DNA from: a virus
Virus record (IMG/VR): IMGVR_UViG_3300045988_109366
Location: 85,042 to 149,041 of that record
Strand: one strand, 5' to 3'
DNA: 64,000 nucleotides
Below the pieces are notes generated by a model that saw only the letters and a program-made list of their open reading frames with translations, ran no database searches and was not told the origin of the DNA. Position numbers and translations under genes: made by a program. Below are positions 53,604-62,800 of this stretch, one piece after another; the first letter of the stretch is position 1; each line of letters begins with the position of its first letter.

Positions 53604-54746
53604 ATGATAAAGGCATTCAAATATCGTATATATCCAAATATGTCTCAGGAGATATCGCTTTCCAAGACCTTTGGATGCGTGCGTCTTATTTGGAATGCCA
53701 ATGTAGCTTCTTTTAATTCCTATGATAAGGATATCAATCCTAAGCCCAATATTATCCAGAAGTCTGATCTTATTGATAATAAGCCTTGGCTATCCGAGGT
53801 ATCGGCAGCGGCTATCCAACAGAAGGTGATGGATTTCAAGGAGACCGTAAAACAGTATTTCTCCAAGAACGGGAAAAAGAAGATAGGCAGGCCTTCGTTT
53901 AAGAAGAAAGGTAATACCCAGTCTTATAGACTTCCTAACCAGAAATTCAGGATAGAGGGAGACAGGATCAGAATTGAGAAGATAGGATGGGTGAAGATGG
54001 TTGTTGACAGGAATATACCTGATAACGGTAAGATTATTTCTTGTACTATATCTAAGAATCCCTCTAATCAGTATTTCGTGTCTATAACCGTTGATTGCGA
54101 GATAACCAAGAAACCTAAGACTGGTAAGGAGGTAGGTATAGACTTAGGAATAAAGGAATTCGCCACCTTATCTGATGGAGTTGTCATAGATAATCCTAAG
54201 CATCTTAGAGAAAACCAATCCAAGATATCAAGGATTCAGAAGCATATGTCAAGAAAAGTCAAGGGTAGCAGTAGATGGCATAAGAATAGGCTTAGAATAG
54301 CTAGATTGTACAATAAGATATCTAATAAGAGATTATGGTTCTTACATAATCTAACCACTTATCTTGTCGATAACTACGACACGATATGTATTGAGGACTT
54401 GAACGTCTCAGGCATGTTAAAGAGTCATAGATTAGCCAATTCTATATCCGATGCCAGCTTCAGCCTATTCAGGTCCTTGCTTGAGTATAAGTGTGAGTGG
54501 TATGGAAAGACCCTATCTGTCATAGACAGATTTTATCCTTCCTCCAAAACCTGTAGTAATTGTGGTTGGAAGAAGGATGACTTGACTTTGTCGGACAGGA
54601 CTTTTATCTGTGAGAATTGCGGCTTGACCCTTGACAGGGATCTTAACGCCGCTTTGAATATCAAGAGGGTAGGAGTTGATATCCTCTATAATCGGACGCT
54701 GAGGGATGAGGTTGCGAGTCCCGGTGAAGCGTTTAAAATTAAGTAG
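53604..54746 (+). CDS. tnpB: TnpB (OrfB) RNA-guided endonuclease family protein, second divergent copy
   Basis: FKYRIYPNMSQ, GIDLGIKEFA, CIEDLNVSGM, CSNCG...CENCG and LDRDLNAALNI. Confidence 0.9.
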   Translation: MIKAFKYRIYPNMSQEISLSKTFGCVRLIWNANVASFNSYDKDINPKPNIIQKSDLIDNKPWLSEVSAAAIQQKVMDFKETVKQYFSKNGKKKIGRPSFKKKGNTQSYRLPNQKFRIEGDRIRIEKIGWVKMVVDRNIPDNGKIISCTISKNPSNQYFVSITVDCEITKKPKTGKEVGIDLGIKEFATLSDGVVIDNPKHLRENQSKISRIQKHMSRKVKGSSRWHKNRLRIARLYNKISNKRLWFLHNLTTYLVDNYDTICIEDLNVSGMLKSHRLANSISDASFSLFRSLLEYKCEWYGKTLSVIDRFYPSSKTCSNCGWKKDDLTLSDRTFICENCGLTLDRDLNAALNIKRVGVDILYNRTLRDEVASPGEAFKIK

Positions 54747-54915
54747 TTTACTATGTTTTACTATAAAATTTACAACTATCAGGGAGGCTATAGATGTCCG
54801 GGATCTCGGCGAGTCTTGTGTTAAGATAAATGGCGATAAGACCGTATCGAAAATCCTTTACGCTATTGAAGATAAGATTTGCAATGGGTAATTAATGTCC
54901 TGATTTTAGGATATT

Positions 54916-54962
54916 AAAAATAGCCAATTGGATTGTGTTTGTCACACCAATTGGCTATTTTT
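54916..54962. terminator. bidirectional terminator-like hairpin
   Basis: An A-run, then ATAGCCAATTGG...CCAATTGGCTAT, then a T-run. Confidence 0.6.
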
Positions 54963-55035
54963 GTATGTCCGCCGACTCTCACGAGGGAGCGGACATAAAG
55001 TAATTAATTATTAACTTCAAAATTAGATTAAAAAA

Positions 55036-55719
55036 ATGAAGACAGTAAATGTTTTAACAAGAAAGATGGGTGATTTTAACGTTTTTCAAAGAACTAGTGA
55101 TGGTTATTTTGATGCCAATAGTTTACTTAAGCAATGGAATGATAATCCTGAGAACACGAGAAGACGGCTTGATGATTTTATGAATAGTAGTAGAACTAAG
55201 GAATTTGTTAGTGCTTTATCTGAGGATGAAAGCCATAGGAGAAAAATCGACATTGGTGATAATCAATTAGTTATAAAAGTGAAAGGTAAGACGACTAAGC
55301 ATGGTAAGACTCCTGATGAGGTATGGATGCATCCTCTGTTGTTTATAAAATTTGCCATGTGGATAAATCCTAGATTCGAAGTTCAGGTATTGAGATTTGT
55401 GCATGATCAACTTATAGATTACAGGGATAAAGCTGGTGATGCCTATAAGAGGATGTCTTCCGCTTTGTCTAAAATAATTGAACCTTCAAGACTAAGGGAT
55501 AAAATACAAGATTTGGCTAGATCCGTAAATATTATTGTCTATGGGCTTCATGAGACTATGATAAGAAATTCTGTTGGAGAGGAGGCTAAGGCTAAAGAGT
55601 TGATGGAGCTGGAGATTGATATAGCTAAGATGATTGAATTTGGATATATAGTTACCGAGGAACAGTTAAGGGATTATCTGTATAAGGTTTTGAGAAGCAA
55701 AAAGGCTCTTCCTTTGTAA
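55036..55719 (+). CDS. KilA-N domain protein
   Basis: SDGYFDANSLLKQW...TKEFVSAL...DEVWMHPLLFIKFAMWINPRFEVQV is a classic KilA-N pattern. The C-terminal AGDAY...IVYGLHETMIRN is shared with the paralogs. Confidence 0.7.
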   Translation: MKTVNVLTRKMGDFNVFQRTSDGYFDANSLLKQWNDNPENTRRRLDDFMNSSRTKEFVSALSEDESHRRKIDIGDNQLVIKVKGKTTKHGKTPDEVWMHPLLFIKFAMWINPRFEVQVLRFVHDQLIDYRDKAGDAYKRMSSALSKIIEPSRLRDKIQDLARSVNIIVYGLHETMIRNSVGEEAKAKELMELEIDIAKMIEFGYIVTEEQLRDYLYKVLRSKKALPL

Positions 55720-55734
55720 TTTGATTTTAAATTG

Positions 55735-55742
55735 TATCTTTG
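55735..55742 (+). promoter_or_regulatory. -7 box TATCTTTG
   Basis: 18 nt before ATG 55760. Confidence 0.5.
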
Positions 55743-55759
55743 TGACAAAGTGAATCATA

Positions 55760-56605
55760 ATGGTATACGGTAATAAAGAAATAGTACGGACGTTCACCAG
55801 AAACAACCCGCCTGCCGGGTACGTGGGCGGCTCTGTTGACTACCGGGTCCCGGCCAACGTCTATTTTGGCGATACGCAGGAGGAGGCTGACAACAAGGCT
55901 GAGGATGATATCAAAGCCAACGGTCAGGATTACGCCAACACATATGCCGACATAATACCGGCTGTATGGTATAATGATCAGGTATGCGATGAGTTTATCA
56001 AGAACAATTGCGTAAGCGGTAAGGGATCCAAGGAACAGGTATGTATAGAGAGAGGTAGGTTTGTCTCTTACGTATCCAAGAAAGATGCCAATGATAAGGC
56101 TAGGGTGGAGCTTGGGCGGATCGGGCAAGGGGAGGCCAACGCCGTTGGGACATGCTGTAAGGACTGGGCCTCACAGCCTCTTCGTGGCTTGTTTTACAAG
56201 AACGATTGTGAGACCGGGACATCAGGTAAAGAAGGTATTGTGTATGAATTGCCAGCCGGAGCCGTCATATCCGATATATCCCAGATAGACGCTGATACGT
56301 TAGCTTATAGGAAGTTCATGAAAGAAGGTCAGGAGAAGGCTAACGCCGAGGGTAGTTGCTCGCCTGTATTCTATAATACGAAGATCGGTGATTGGTTTGA
56401 GAAGGTATGCCCGTTTGGATATAAATCAGGTAGGGTATATTATTCTATCAAAGCCAATAGGTTTAGATCATGGATATCAGTAGAGGATGCCAACGCCAAA
56501 GCCCGTGAGGTTTTGATGGTAGAGGGGCAGGAGTACGCTGATCTTAATCTTGAGTGCGAGAAATGGATTGAGAATATTGATCAAGAGGATCAATGTTATT
56601 GGTGA
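55760..56605 (+). CDS. four-repeat protein with the same roughly 65-70-aa module as the giant ORF at 59866
   Basis: Each unit combines an NC or N-P motif, a (S/T)..(E/D)A(D/N).KA helix, and GQ..AN...(G.C). Confidence 0.6.
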   Translation: MVYGNKEIVRTFTRNNPPAGYVGGSVDYRVPANVYFGDTQEEADNKAEDDIKANGQDYANTYADIIPAVWYNDQVCDEFIKNNCVSGKGSKEQVCIERGRFVSYVSKKDANDKARVELGRIGQGEANAVGTCCKDWASQPLRGLFYKNDCETGTSGKEGIVYELPAGAVISDISQIDADTLAYRKFMKEGQEKANAEGSCSPVFYNTKIGDWFEKVCPFGYKSGRVYYSIKANRFRSWISVEDANAKAREVLMVEGQEYADLNLECEKWIENIDQEDQCYW

Positions 56606-56646
56606 TGATGCGCGTTTAGTTTTCCATAATAGTTGATTTAGTGTTT

Positions 56647-56678
56647 GGAGGAGATTGCATGTCTCCTCCATTTTTTTT
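56647..56678 (+). terminator. intrinsic terminator
   Basis: GGAGGAGA, loop ttgcatg, then TCTCCTCC, followed by ATTTTTTTT. Confidence 0.75.
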
Positions 56679-56743
56679 GTATATATATCAAGGGTGATAA
56701 GTTTATATACTGTAATACACTTGCTTATATGTTGAATATATTT

Positions 56744-56751
56744 TATATTTG
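56744..56751 (+). promoter_or_regulatory. -7 box TATATTTG
   Basis: Lies within TTATATTTGCAT, the same extended motif as the minus-strand boxes at 3801, 13637 and 34751. Confidence 0.45.
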
Positions 56752-56815
56752 CATACCTATCTATTCATCTCGAACCGATAGGTATTATGTTTAATTTAAA
56801 ATATTGTTCAAAGTT

Positions 56816-57559
56816 ATGAAAAGTCGGGTTGAAATCAAATCTTCTGACAGGAGATTGATGGGCGTTGTTATACCTGCGCTCAGTGATAATGGTTTTGTTA
56901 ACATCACTTTAGCTATGAAAGTCTTGTCTGATGATAGGCTTAAAAAAGGTTTATCTCCTAAGAAACTTAATGATATTATTAAGTATAATGGTTTCCAGGA
57001 GAAATGCAGGGAAATAATTAGTAGACTGGAAAACAGGGATTTATGTAAGCGGATAAATATCAGCCTACAAAACAAGACCCTAAATCTTAGTGATTTAAAC
57101 AAAATGGGATTGGCGTGCAGAAAGGGAAAGGGGGATGGTCAAACGTGGTATATGAACCCATACCTTTTCCTTGTGGTGGCTATGGAAATGAGTCCTGAGG
57201 TTTGCGCCGATGTCGTAATGTGGTTTGTTGATAATATCGTAGGGGTAAGAAATGCAGCTGGTGACGCTTATATAGAGATGTGCAGCAGTGTATCTTCGCT
57301 TATAAGTGATAAAAGTAATTTAAAGGAGTTGTTATCAAGGATAGCCAAGGGTATAAATTTCGTCGTGTTTGGCGTGCATGAGGAAGGGATAAGGAATAGA
57401 GCTTCTTTTGAAGAATTGGATATGATAGTATCAATAGAAAGGAATATATCTTATGCTATTAAGGCTGGATATATAAAAGATTACAATGGTGTTATAAATG
57501 ATTTGGGAAGGCAATGGAAAGAAAGATGGGGTAATCCTGTTCTTAAATTGAAGTCTTGA
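56816..57559 (+). CDS. KilA-N-like domain protein (paralog)
   Basis: From ATG 56816. It aligns along its length with 33941..34687 (for example QTWYMNPYLFLVVAMEMSPE and VVFGVHEEGIRN). Confidence 0.65.
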   Translation: MKSRVEIKSSDRRLMGVVIPALSDNGFVNITLAMKVLSDDRLKKGLSPKKLNDIIKYNGFQEKCREIISRLENRDLCKRINISLQNKTLNLSDLNKMGLACRKGKGDGQTWYMNPYLFLVVAMEMSPEVCADVVMWFVDNIVGVRNAAGDAYIEMCSSVSSLISDKSNLKELLSRIAKGINFVVFGVHEEGIRNRASFEELDMIVSIERNISYAIKAGYIKDYNGVINDLGRQWKERWGNPVLKLKS

Positions 57560-57659
57560 TTTTATTTCGTTGTTATAATTCGCAGATATAGGGGATACGA
57601 ATGTCGTATTCCCTATATTGTTTAATGGAGTGTGTTATCTTGTTATTAAATCAAATCTG

Positions 57660-57667
57660 TATCTTTG
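57660..57667 (+). promoter_or_regulatory. -7 box TATCTTTG
   Basis: 24 nt before ATG 57691 and inside the longer track ORF. Confidence 0.5.
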
Positions 57668-57690
57668 TTGAAAACAATAACATTATTAAT

Positions 57691-58092
57691 ATGTGTAGTA
57701 CAAATGGTTGTTGCCATGATCATTCAAGGGAACGTCCCGAAGAGTGTTGTCATGGCGTTAAGATAGACAGGTTTCTTAACAAATGCCCTAACGATCCTTG
57801 TGATCCTTGCGATAGGGATTGTCAGGACGAGCCTTGTGTTGGCTATGGATGTCCTATAGTTTTATATGATAAATGCGTCTTATACTCAGGTGATGAGTTG
57901 GTGGTGGACGGTATAGAGAAAGGCACTGATATCTCTGTCGTTGTAGACTCATTGAGGCGTATTATAGCGTCTAGGGATAAGCAGATAGATTTATACCATC
58001 GCGAGGTTCTGGATTTGAAGAAGATTATAAACGAGCTTGTCAACGCCGGTAATGGCGGTGGCGATAGCGGAACTGAAGAGGAGGTATGGTAA
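57691..58092 (+). CDS. Cys-rich N-terminus plus coiled-coil small protein (paralog set 1 of 3)
   Basis: MCSTNGCCHDH...CDPCDRDC, then a coiled-coil region. Confidence 0.5.
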   Translation: MCSTNGCCHDHSRERPEECCHGVKIDRFLNKCPNDPCDPCDRDCQDEPCVGYGCPIVLYDKCVLYSGDELVVDGIEKGTDISVVVDSLRRIIASRDKQIDLYHREVLDLKKIINELVNAGNGGGDSGTEEEVW

Positions 58093-58328
58093 CAATGAAT
58101 GGTTGTAACAAGAAACAATACAGGCCTACTGTAGACGATACGAAAGTACCGTGCTCTACGTACATGAGCACCGACTGTGTTTATCCAGGAGACAAGGTAC
58201 GTGTGGAGTCATTGGGATTATCTCCCAGCTGCGATATGTCTGATGTCCTTAACGCTATGATAAAGGCTATACGGGACAGGGATGCTGAGATACTTGAATT
58301 AAGGAGAATGATTAATAAATTGATTTGA
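58086..58328 (+). CDS. small Cys-containing coiled-coil protein (paralog set 2 of 3)
   Basis: PCSTYMSTDCVYPGD...IKAIRDRDAEILELRRMINKLI parallels the C-terminal half of 57691..58092. Confidence 0.5.
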   Translation: MVTMNGCNKKQYRPTVDDTKVPCSTYMSTDCVYPGDKVRVESLGLSPSCDMSDVLNAMIKAIRDRDAEILELRRMINKLI

Positions 58329-58329
58329 T

Positions 58330-58749
58330 ATGAGGAATAACTGTAATCCATGTAAGCCGGAATATAGACCGGGGAATGAATGTAGTATCTACAGTTCCCA
58401 GATCATATATGATGGTCAGTCTTTTCCTGAGGCAGATATCAGGAACGGAGATGGCATGAATAGCGTAATCGAGTCTCTGGTAAGGAAGCTGGTTGCCGTA
58501 TCTGGAGCAACGGCGTCCATCCAAAGGGATTCGTTTAAGGGAGTGCAGGCCGTAAGGTTAAGATACGAGCCTCTGAATGTTCTTAGCGTGACCTACTGCG
58601 GTACTATCGTACCTAACGACGGGTATGTGGTTTCCGGAAGATCTGTTAAGTTTAAGAAAAGGTATTGCATGGGCGATGAGTTCGCTGATGTTAATATCGT
58701 ATATACTACATTGAATAGTAATATTTTAAATACTTCATGCTATGGCTAA
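58330..58749 (+). CDS. small protein sharing the N-terminal module (paralog set 3 of 3)
   Basis: CNPCKPEYRPGNECSIYSSQIIYDGQ...MNSVIESLVRKLV. Confidence 0.5.
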   Translation: MRNNCNPCKPEYRPGNECSIYSSQIIYDGQSFPEADIRNGDGMNSVIESLVRKLVAVSGATASIQRDSFKGVQAVRLRYEPLNVLSVTYCGTIVPNDGYVVSGRSVKFKKRYCMGDEFADVNIVYTTLNSNILNTSCYG

Positions 58750-59056
58750 GAGAGTGTATGATACGGTCTTGGCTTCCGAGTGCGACGGTTGGGTATGTGG
58801 TGAGACACTTAAGAAAGGGTCTGTCCCAGTAGACAGGTTGGAGCTTGATTCTTTTTCAGAGGCCGTCAGGGAGCTTATAGAGCGTTTTTTCGAGGAGGGA
58901 TGGTTGCCGGACATGATCTGCGATCTTGGTTGTGGTGGCGCCAGCGTGTTTGAGATTAAGCCTACTAACTTCGAGTATCCTCCTGAGGGCGGTGAGCAGA
59001 TTCTGGAGATTATCGTAGGTAAGAGTGATAAATGGACTATAACTCAAGCGGAATGA
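58742..59056 (+). CDS. hypothetical protein, possible small Ig/BACON-like domain
   Basis: The C-terminus IKPTNFEYPPEGGEQILEIIVGKSDKWTITQ gives a weak resemblance only. Confidence 0.45.
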   Translation: MAKRVYDTVLASECDGWVCGETLKKGSVPVDRLELDSFSEAVRELIERFFEEGWLPDMICDLGCGGASVFEIKPTNFEYPPEGGEQILEIIVGKSDKWTITQAE

Positions 59057-59057
59057 T

Positions 59058-59864
59058 ATGAATAATTTAAAAGATATTCTTGCTAAGATCGAGCAAGGTT
59101 CCTCATGGGTGTCCTACGACAAGATTTCCGGTACCGGACCAGACAAGGTCGCTATTAAGGTAGAGCCGGGATGGATGGGTAGGTTGCCTAGGGAGACTTA
59201 CGTGGCGGTCGAGAAAGGCAAGGTTACGAAGCTCGCTACCATAACCCAGAAGGGTATGGAGCGGGTGAGCGTGGATCCGGCCAATATCATGTTTGACATG
59301 GAGGGCGGGACGGCGGTCATCAACGCCAAGCTTAACTCCGCCTCGGTCAAGGCCTCCTGCCTTACTCTTGGTGGTTCGGTAAGTAAATGCTATATGGTGT
59401 CTATGAACGTCAACGGGCTATCCGTTAAGATACCTGACGAGGATAGCAGATACGTGGTGTACGCCGATCCTGAGGATCCGGGAGCCACTGACCTGTATGA
59501 CGCTAGCTTCGTTATAGCCATGCCTAAGAACATGGATAACGAGGAGCATCATGAGATGTTTGTCTTGAATGGCAAGGTTGTTAATATCAATCAACAGCCT
59601 AATGATATACCTTATATTATACTTGATCATGACTTTGATAACGTGGCTAGTGAGAACGGTCAGGTCGTTATCGATATCAAGTCCAATACCGAGTATGATA
59701 TTGAACTGGTATGTTGCACTTGCGGCGATGGCAGCGAGGAGCCGGAACCGGAACCACCCTTTAACGTGGATCCGCAAAGGTTGACGCTTAATAAGGATGG
59801 TGATACCCAGATCGTGAGGGTAGAGGCCGGAGATAATGTTTCATGGAGAATAGAGGAGGATTGA
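59058..59864 (+). CDS. hypothetical protein with BACON-like segments
   Basis: SSWVSYDKISGTGPDKVAIKVEPG...R.TYVAV...ATITQKG and the C-terminal LTLNKDGDTQIVRVEAGDNVSWRI resemble the BACON pattern. The call is weak. Confidence 0.5.
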   Translation: MNNLKDILAKIEQGSSWVSYDKISGTGPDKVAIKVEPGWMGRLPRETYVAVEKGKVTKLATITQKGMERVSVDPANIMFDMEGGTAVINAKLNSASVKASCLTLGGSVSKCYMVSMNVNGLSVKIPDEDSRYVVYADPEDPGATDLYDASFVIAMPKNMDNEEHHEMFVLNGKVVNINQQPNDIPYIILDHDFDNVASENGQVVIDIKSNTEYDIELVCCTCGDGSEEPEPEPPFNVDPQRLTLNKDGDTQIVRVEAGDNVSWRIEED

Positions 59865-59865
59865 C

Positions 59866-62800
59866 ATGGCAAGGGAAGTAGATAAGAATTGCGTTGAGGG
59901 TAATTGCTTTGCCATTAACGACAAGAGCCATGGGGTAGGCGATAATAAGCTTAACATCGTATACAAGGCTAATTACACCGATCAGATCTGTACGGCTAAG
60001 TTCCGTATAACGTCAAAGGACGGTAGTGTTGTTAAGGAGTATATGATAGCCCAAGATGCCAAGCCCGTTTATTATAATATCAAGATGGTTCAGCCGTTTA
60101 CCAAGGATGACTGTCTAGCCAACCAGCACGGTTCGGTTGTCTTGTATGTGGTTGAGGAACGGACGTACAAATCATTTATCTCGCAGGAGGACGCCGATGC
60201 CAAGGCTATGGAGGATATAGCCCTAAATGGTCAGGCATACGCCAATGAGCATGGTGAGTGTATAACTGACATCTGGTATAACGAGGAGCGAAGGAAAACC
60301 TTTATCCGTAACAATTGTGATAAGTTCAGTGATGGTCAGGAATATGTTTACATCGTTCCTGAGGGTAAGTACGTGTCTTCTATCTCTCAAGAGGACGCCG
60401 ACAGGAAGGCTCTTGAGGATATTGAAAAGAATGGTCAACAACAAGCTAATCTGGAAGGTGAGTGTAAGCCTAAGGAGAATATCTATTATGGTAAGTTTAG
60501 CAAGACCTTTACCCGTAACAATTGCGACTCCACTCAATACGGAACGGAAGTGGTTGTTAATGAGACGATGGTTACAGGAGACTTTAGATCCATCGTGTCT
60601 CAGGAAGACGCTAATAGCCTAGCAAGGGCTGCTGTCGAGGCTCAAGGTCAGGATATAGCGAATATCAAGGGTAACTGTGAGAAGATACCGGTATTTACCG
60701 GATCGTACTCCAAGGTATTCCAGAGAACCAACTGCCCTGAGGGTTCTACTCCTGTTGACTTCACCGTGGACGAGAAGATGTGTTCTGGATATCCGTTCAC
60801 TTCTACGGTATCGCAGGATGCCGCCAATAAGCTGGCGCAGGACGCTGTGGAGGCGCAAGGTCAGGCTATCACCAACGAGCGTGGCGACTGTCAGACTAAC
60901 GTCTACTATAACGTAAGGATGGAGAAGACAGTCACTAGAAACAATTGCGATGAGTTCCATATCGGTCAACCTTATACTTATGTTGTAGCCGCCGGTAAGT
61001 ACTTCTCTATTATCTCGCAGGAGGATGCTGACAATAAGGCTAAGGCCGATCTTGAGGCTAACGCCCAGCAACAAGCCAACCTAGAAGGTGAGTGTAAGGA
61101 GAAGACGATCTACTACGGTAGGTATAATAAGGAGTTCACTCGTAATAACTGTGATGAGACCCAATACGGCACCAAGGTTGTCGTGGATGAGACTATGGTG
61201 ACAGGAGATTTCAGGTCTACCGTATCTCAGGAAGACGCCAACAATAAGGCTAAGGCCGCCGTCGAGGCTCAAGGTCAGGATGTGGCTAACGTAAAAGGTA
61301 AGTGCGAGAAGGTGCCTGTATATACCGGTACTTATACACGTACGTTTACCCGTAACAATTGTGGTACTGGCACTGGTGGTACTTATACGGTAAATGATAG
61401 GATGGTTGACGGTTATCCGTTCACGTCTACCGTATCTCAGGAGGATGCCAATAACAAGGCTAAAGCCGCCGTTGACGCCCAAGGACAGGCTCTTGCCAAT
61501 ATCCACGCCCTTTGTACGTATACCGGCCGTGCTTCCTTGGAGTTCACGAGAAACAACTGTGGTGAGTGCAAGATCGGATCTAAGGTGACGATCACTCAAG
61601 ATATGGTAGAAGGACGCCCATTCCAGTCCAACGACTCCCAGACCGCTGCTGACGCTATGGCTATGACCGCAGTACAAGCTCAAGGGCAGGCTTTGGCTAA
61701 TACCAAGGGTACTTGCTCTAACGCTACTATGTATACCGGTAAGGCTAGCTTCGAGTTTACGAAGAGCAATTGTGGCGCTAATCAGGTAGGAGATCCGTTC
61801 ACCGTAACACAAGATATGGTGGAAGGTCATCCGTTCCAGTCTTGCGTATCTCAAGATGAGGCTAATTTAGTGGCTATGGCCGCTGTAATGAATCAAGGTC
61901 AGAAGATCGCCGACGAACAAGGTACTTGTCATGAGGCTCCTAAATATACCGGTCATTATAGCGAGGCGTTCGAGAAGAATAACTGTCCGTCCGGTCTTAT
62001 CCCGTCTTCAGTTACCGTTACTGAGGCTGATGTAACCGGAGGTCCATTCTACTCATACGAGAGCCAGTTCGCCGCTGACGAGCTTGCTAAGGCCGCTGTC
62101 AAGGCACAAGGTCAGGCCATAGCCAACGATCGTGGTACTTGTGATGAGTTGAAGATATATGTCGGTAATTATAGTAAGGAGTTCACTCCTAAGTGTCCTA
62201 CTTGCCAGTATGCTGATCCTATTACCGTAACCCCGGATCTTATGGGACAGTTCTTTACCTCTACCCGTTCACAAGAGGAGGCTGACGCTTTGGCTAAGGC
62301 CTACATTGATAGGATGGGTCAGGCATTTGTTAACAAGAATTATGATGACACGTGCCATACTAAGACTGAGCAACCGGTATGGGAGACTATCGAGACCGTA
62401 TGTAAGGATTGTATCTCTAAATTACATCAACGTAATACCAATACCTGCTATACTGATCCTGAGAATCAAGAGCGGTATATAGCTGGTGGTAATAAGACAT
62501 GCTTCTGGTTTGGTACGGCATCTAAGGCCTTCACCCGTCAATGTGCGGATGGTGGGGTTGGAAGCTCTGTTACCGTGACTCAGAATGATGTTACGGATCC
62601 GGCTCCTAGCTCTGACGGCAAGTTCAAATCATGTGTATCTCAGGCTGACGCTAACGCCAAGGCATTGGCGGCTGTTACGGCTCAGGGACAGAGCGTGGCT
62701 AACTCGAAGGGTACTTGTACTTGGACAGGAAGCTATACCGGTCAGGTTCAGAAGAACAATTGCGCTGATGGCGGCGTAGGAGACATGGTATCCGTAAGCA

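Larger units (their letters stand above)
53545..54996 (+). mobile_element. second TnpB-only IS200/IS605-like element (boundaries approximate)
   Basis: tnpB plus about 250 nt of non-coding 3' region, ending in the hairpins 54920-54958 and 54965-54996. Confidence 0.35.

Noticed and set aside
54706-54891. 61-aa ORF immediately overlapping the 3' end of the second tnpB.
   Set aside because: It lies where a TnpB omega RNA is expected and has no start context or motif. It is more likely non-coding RNA sequence.
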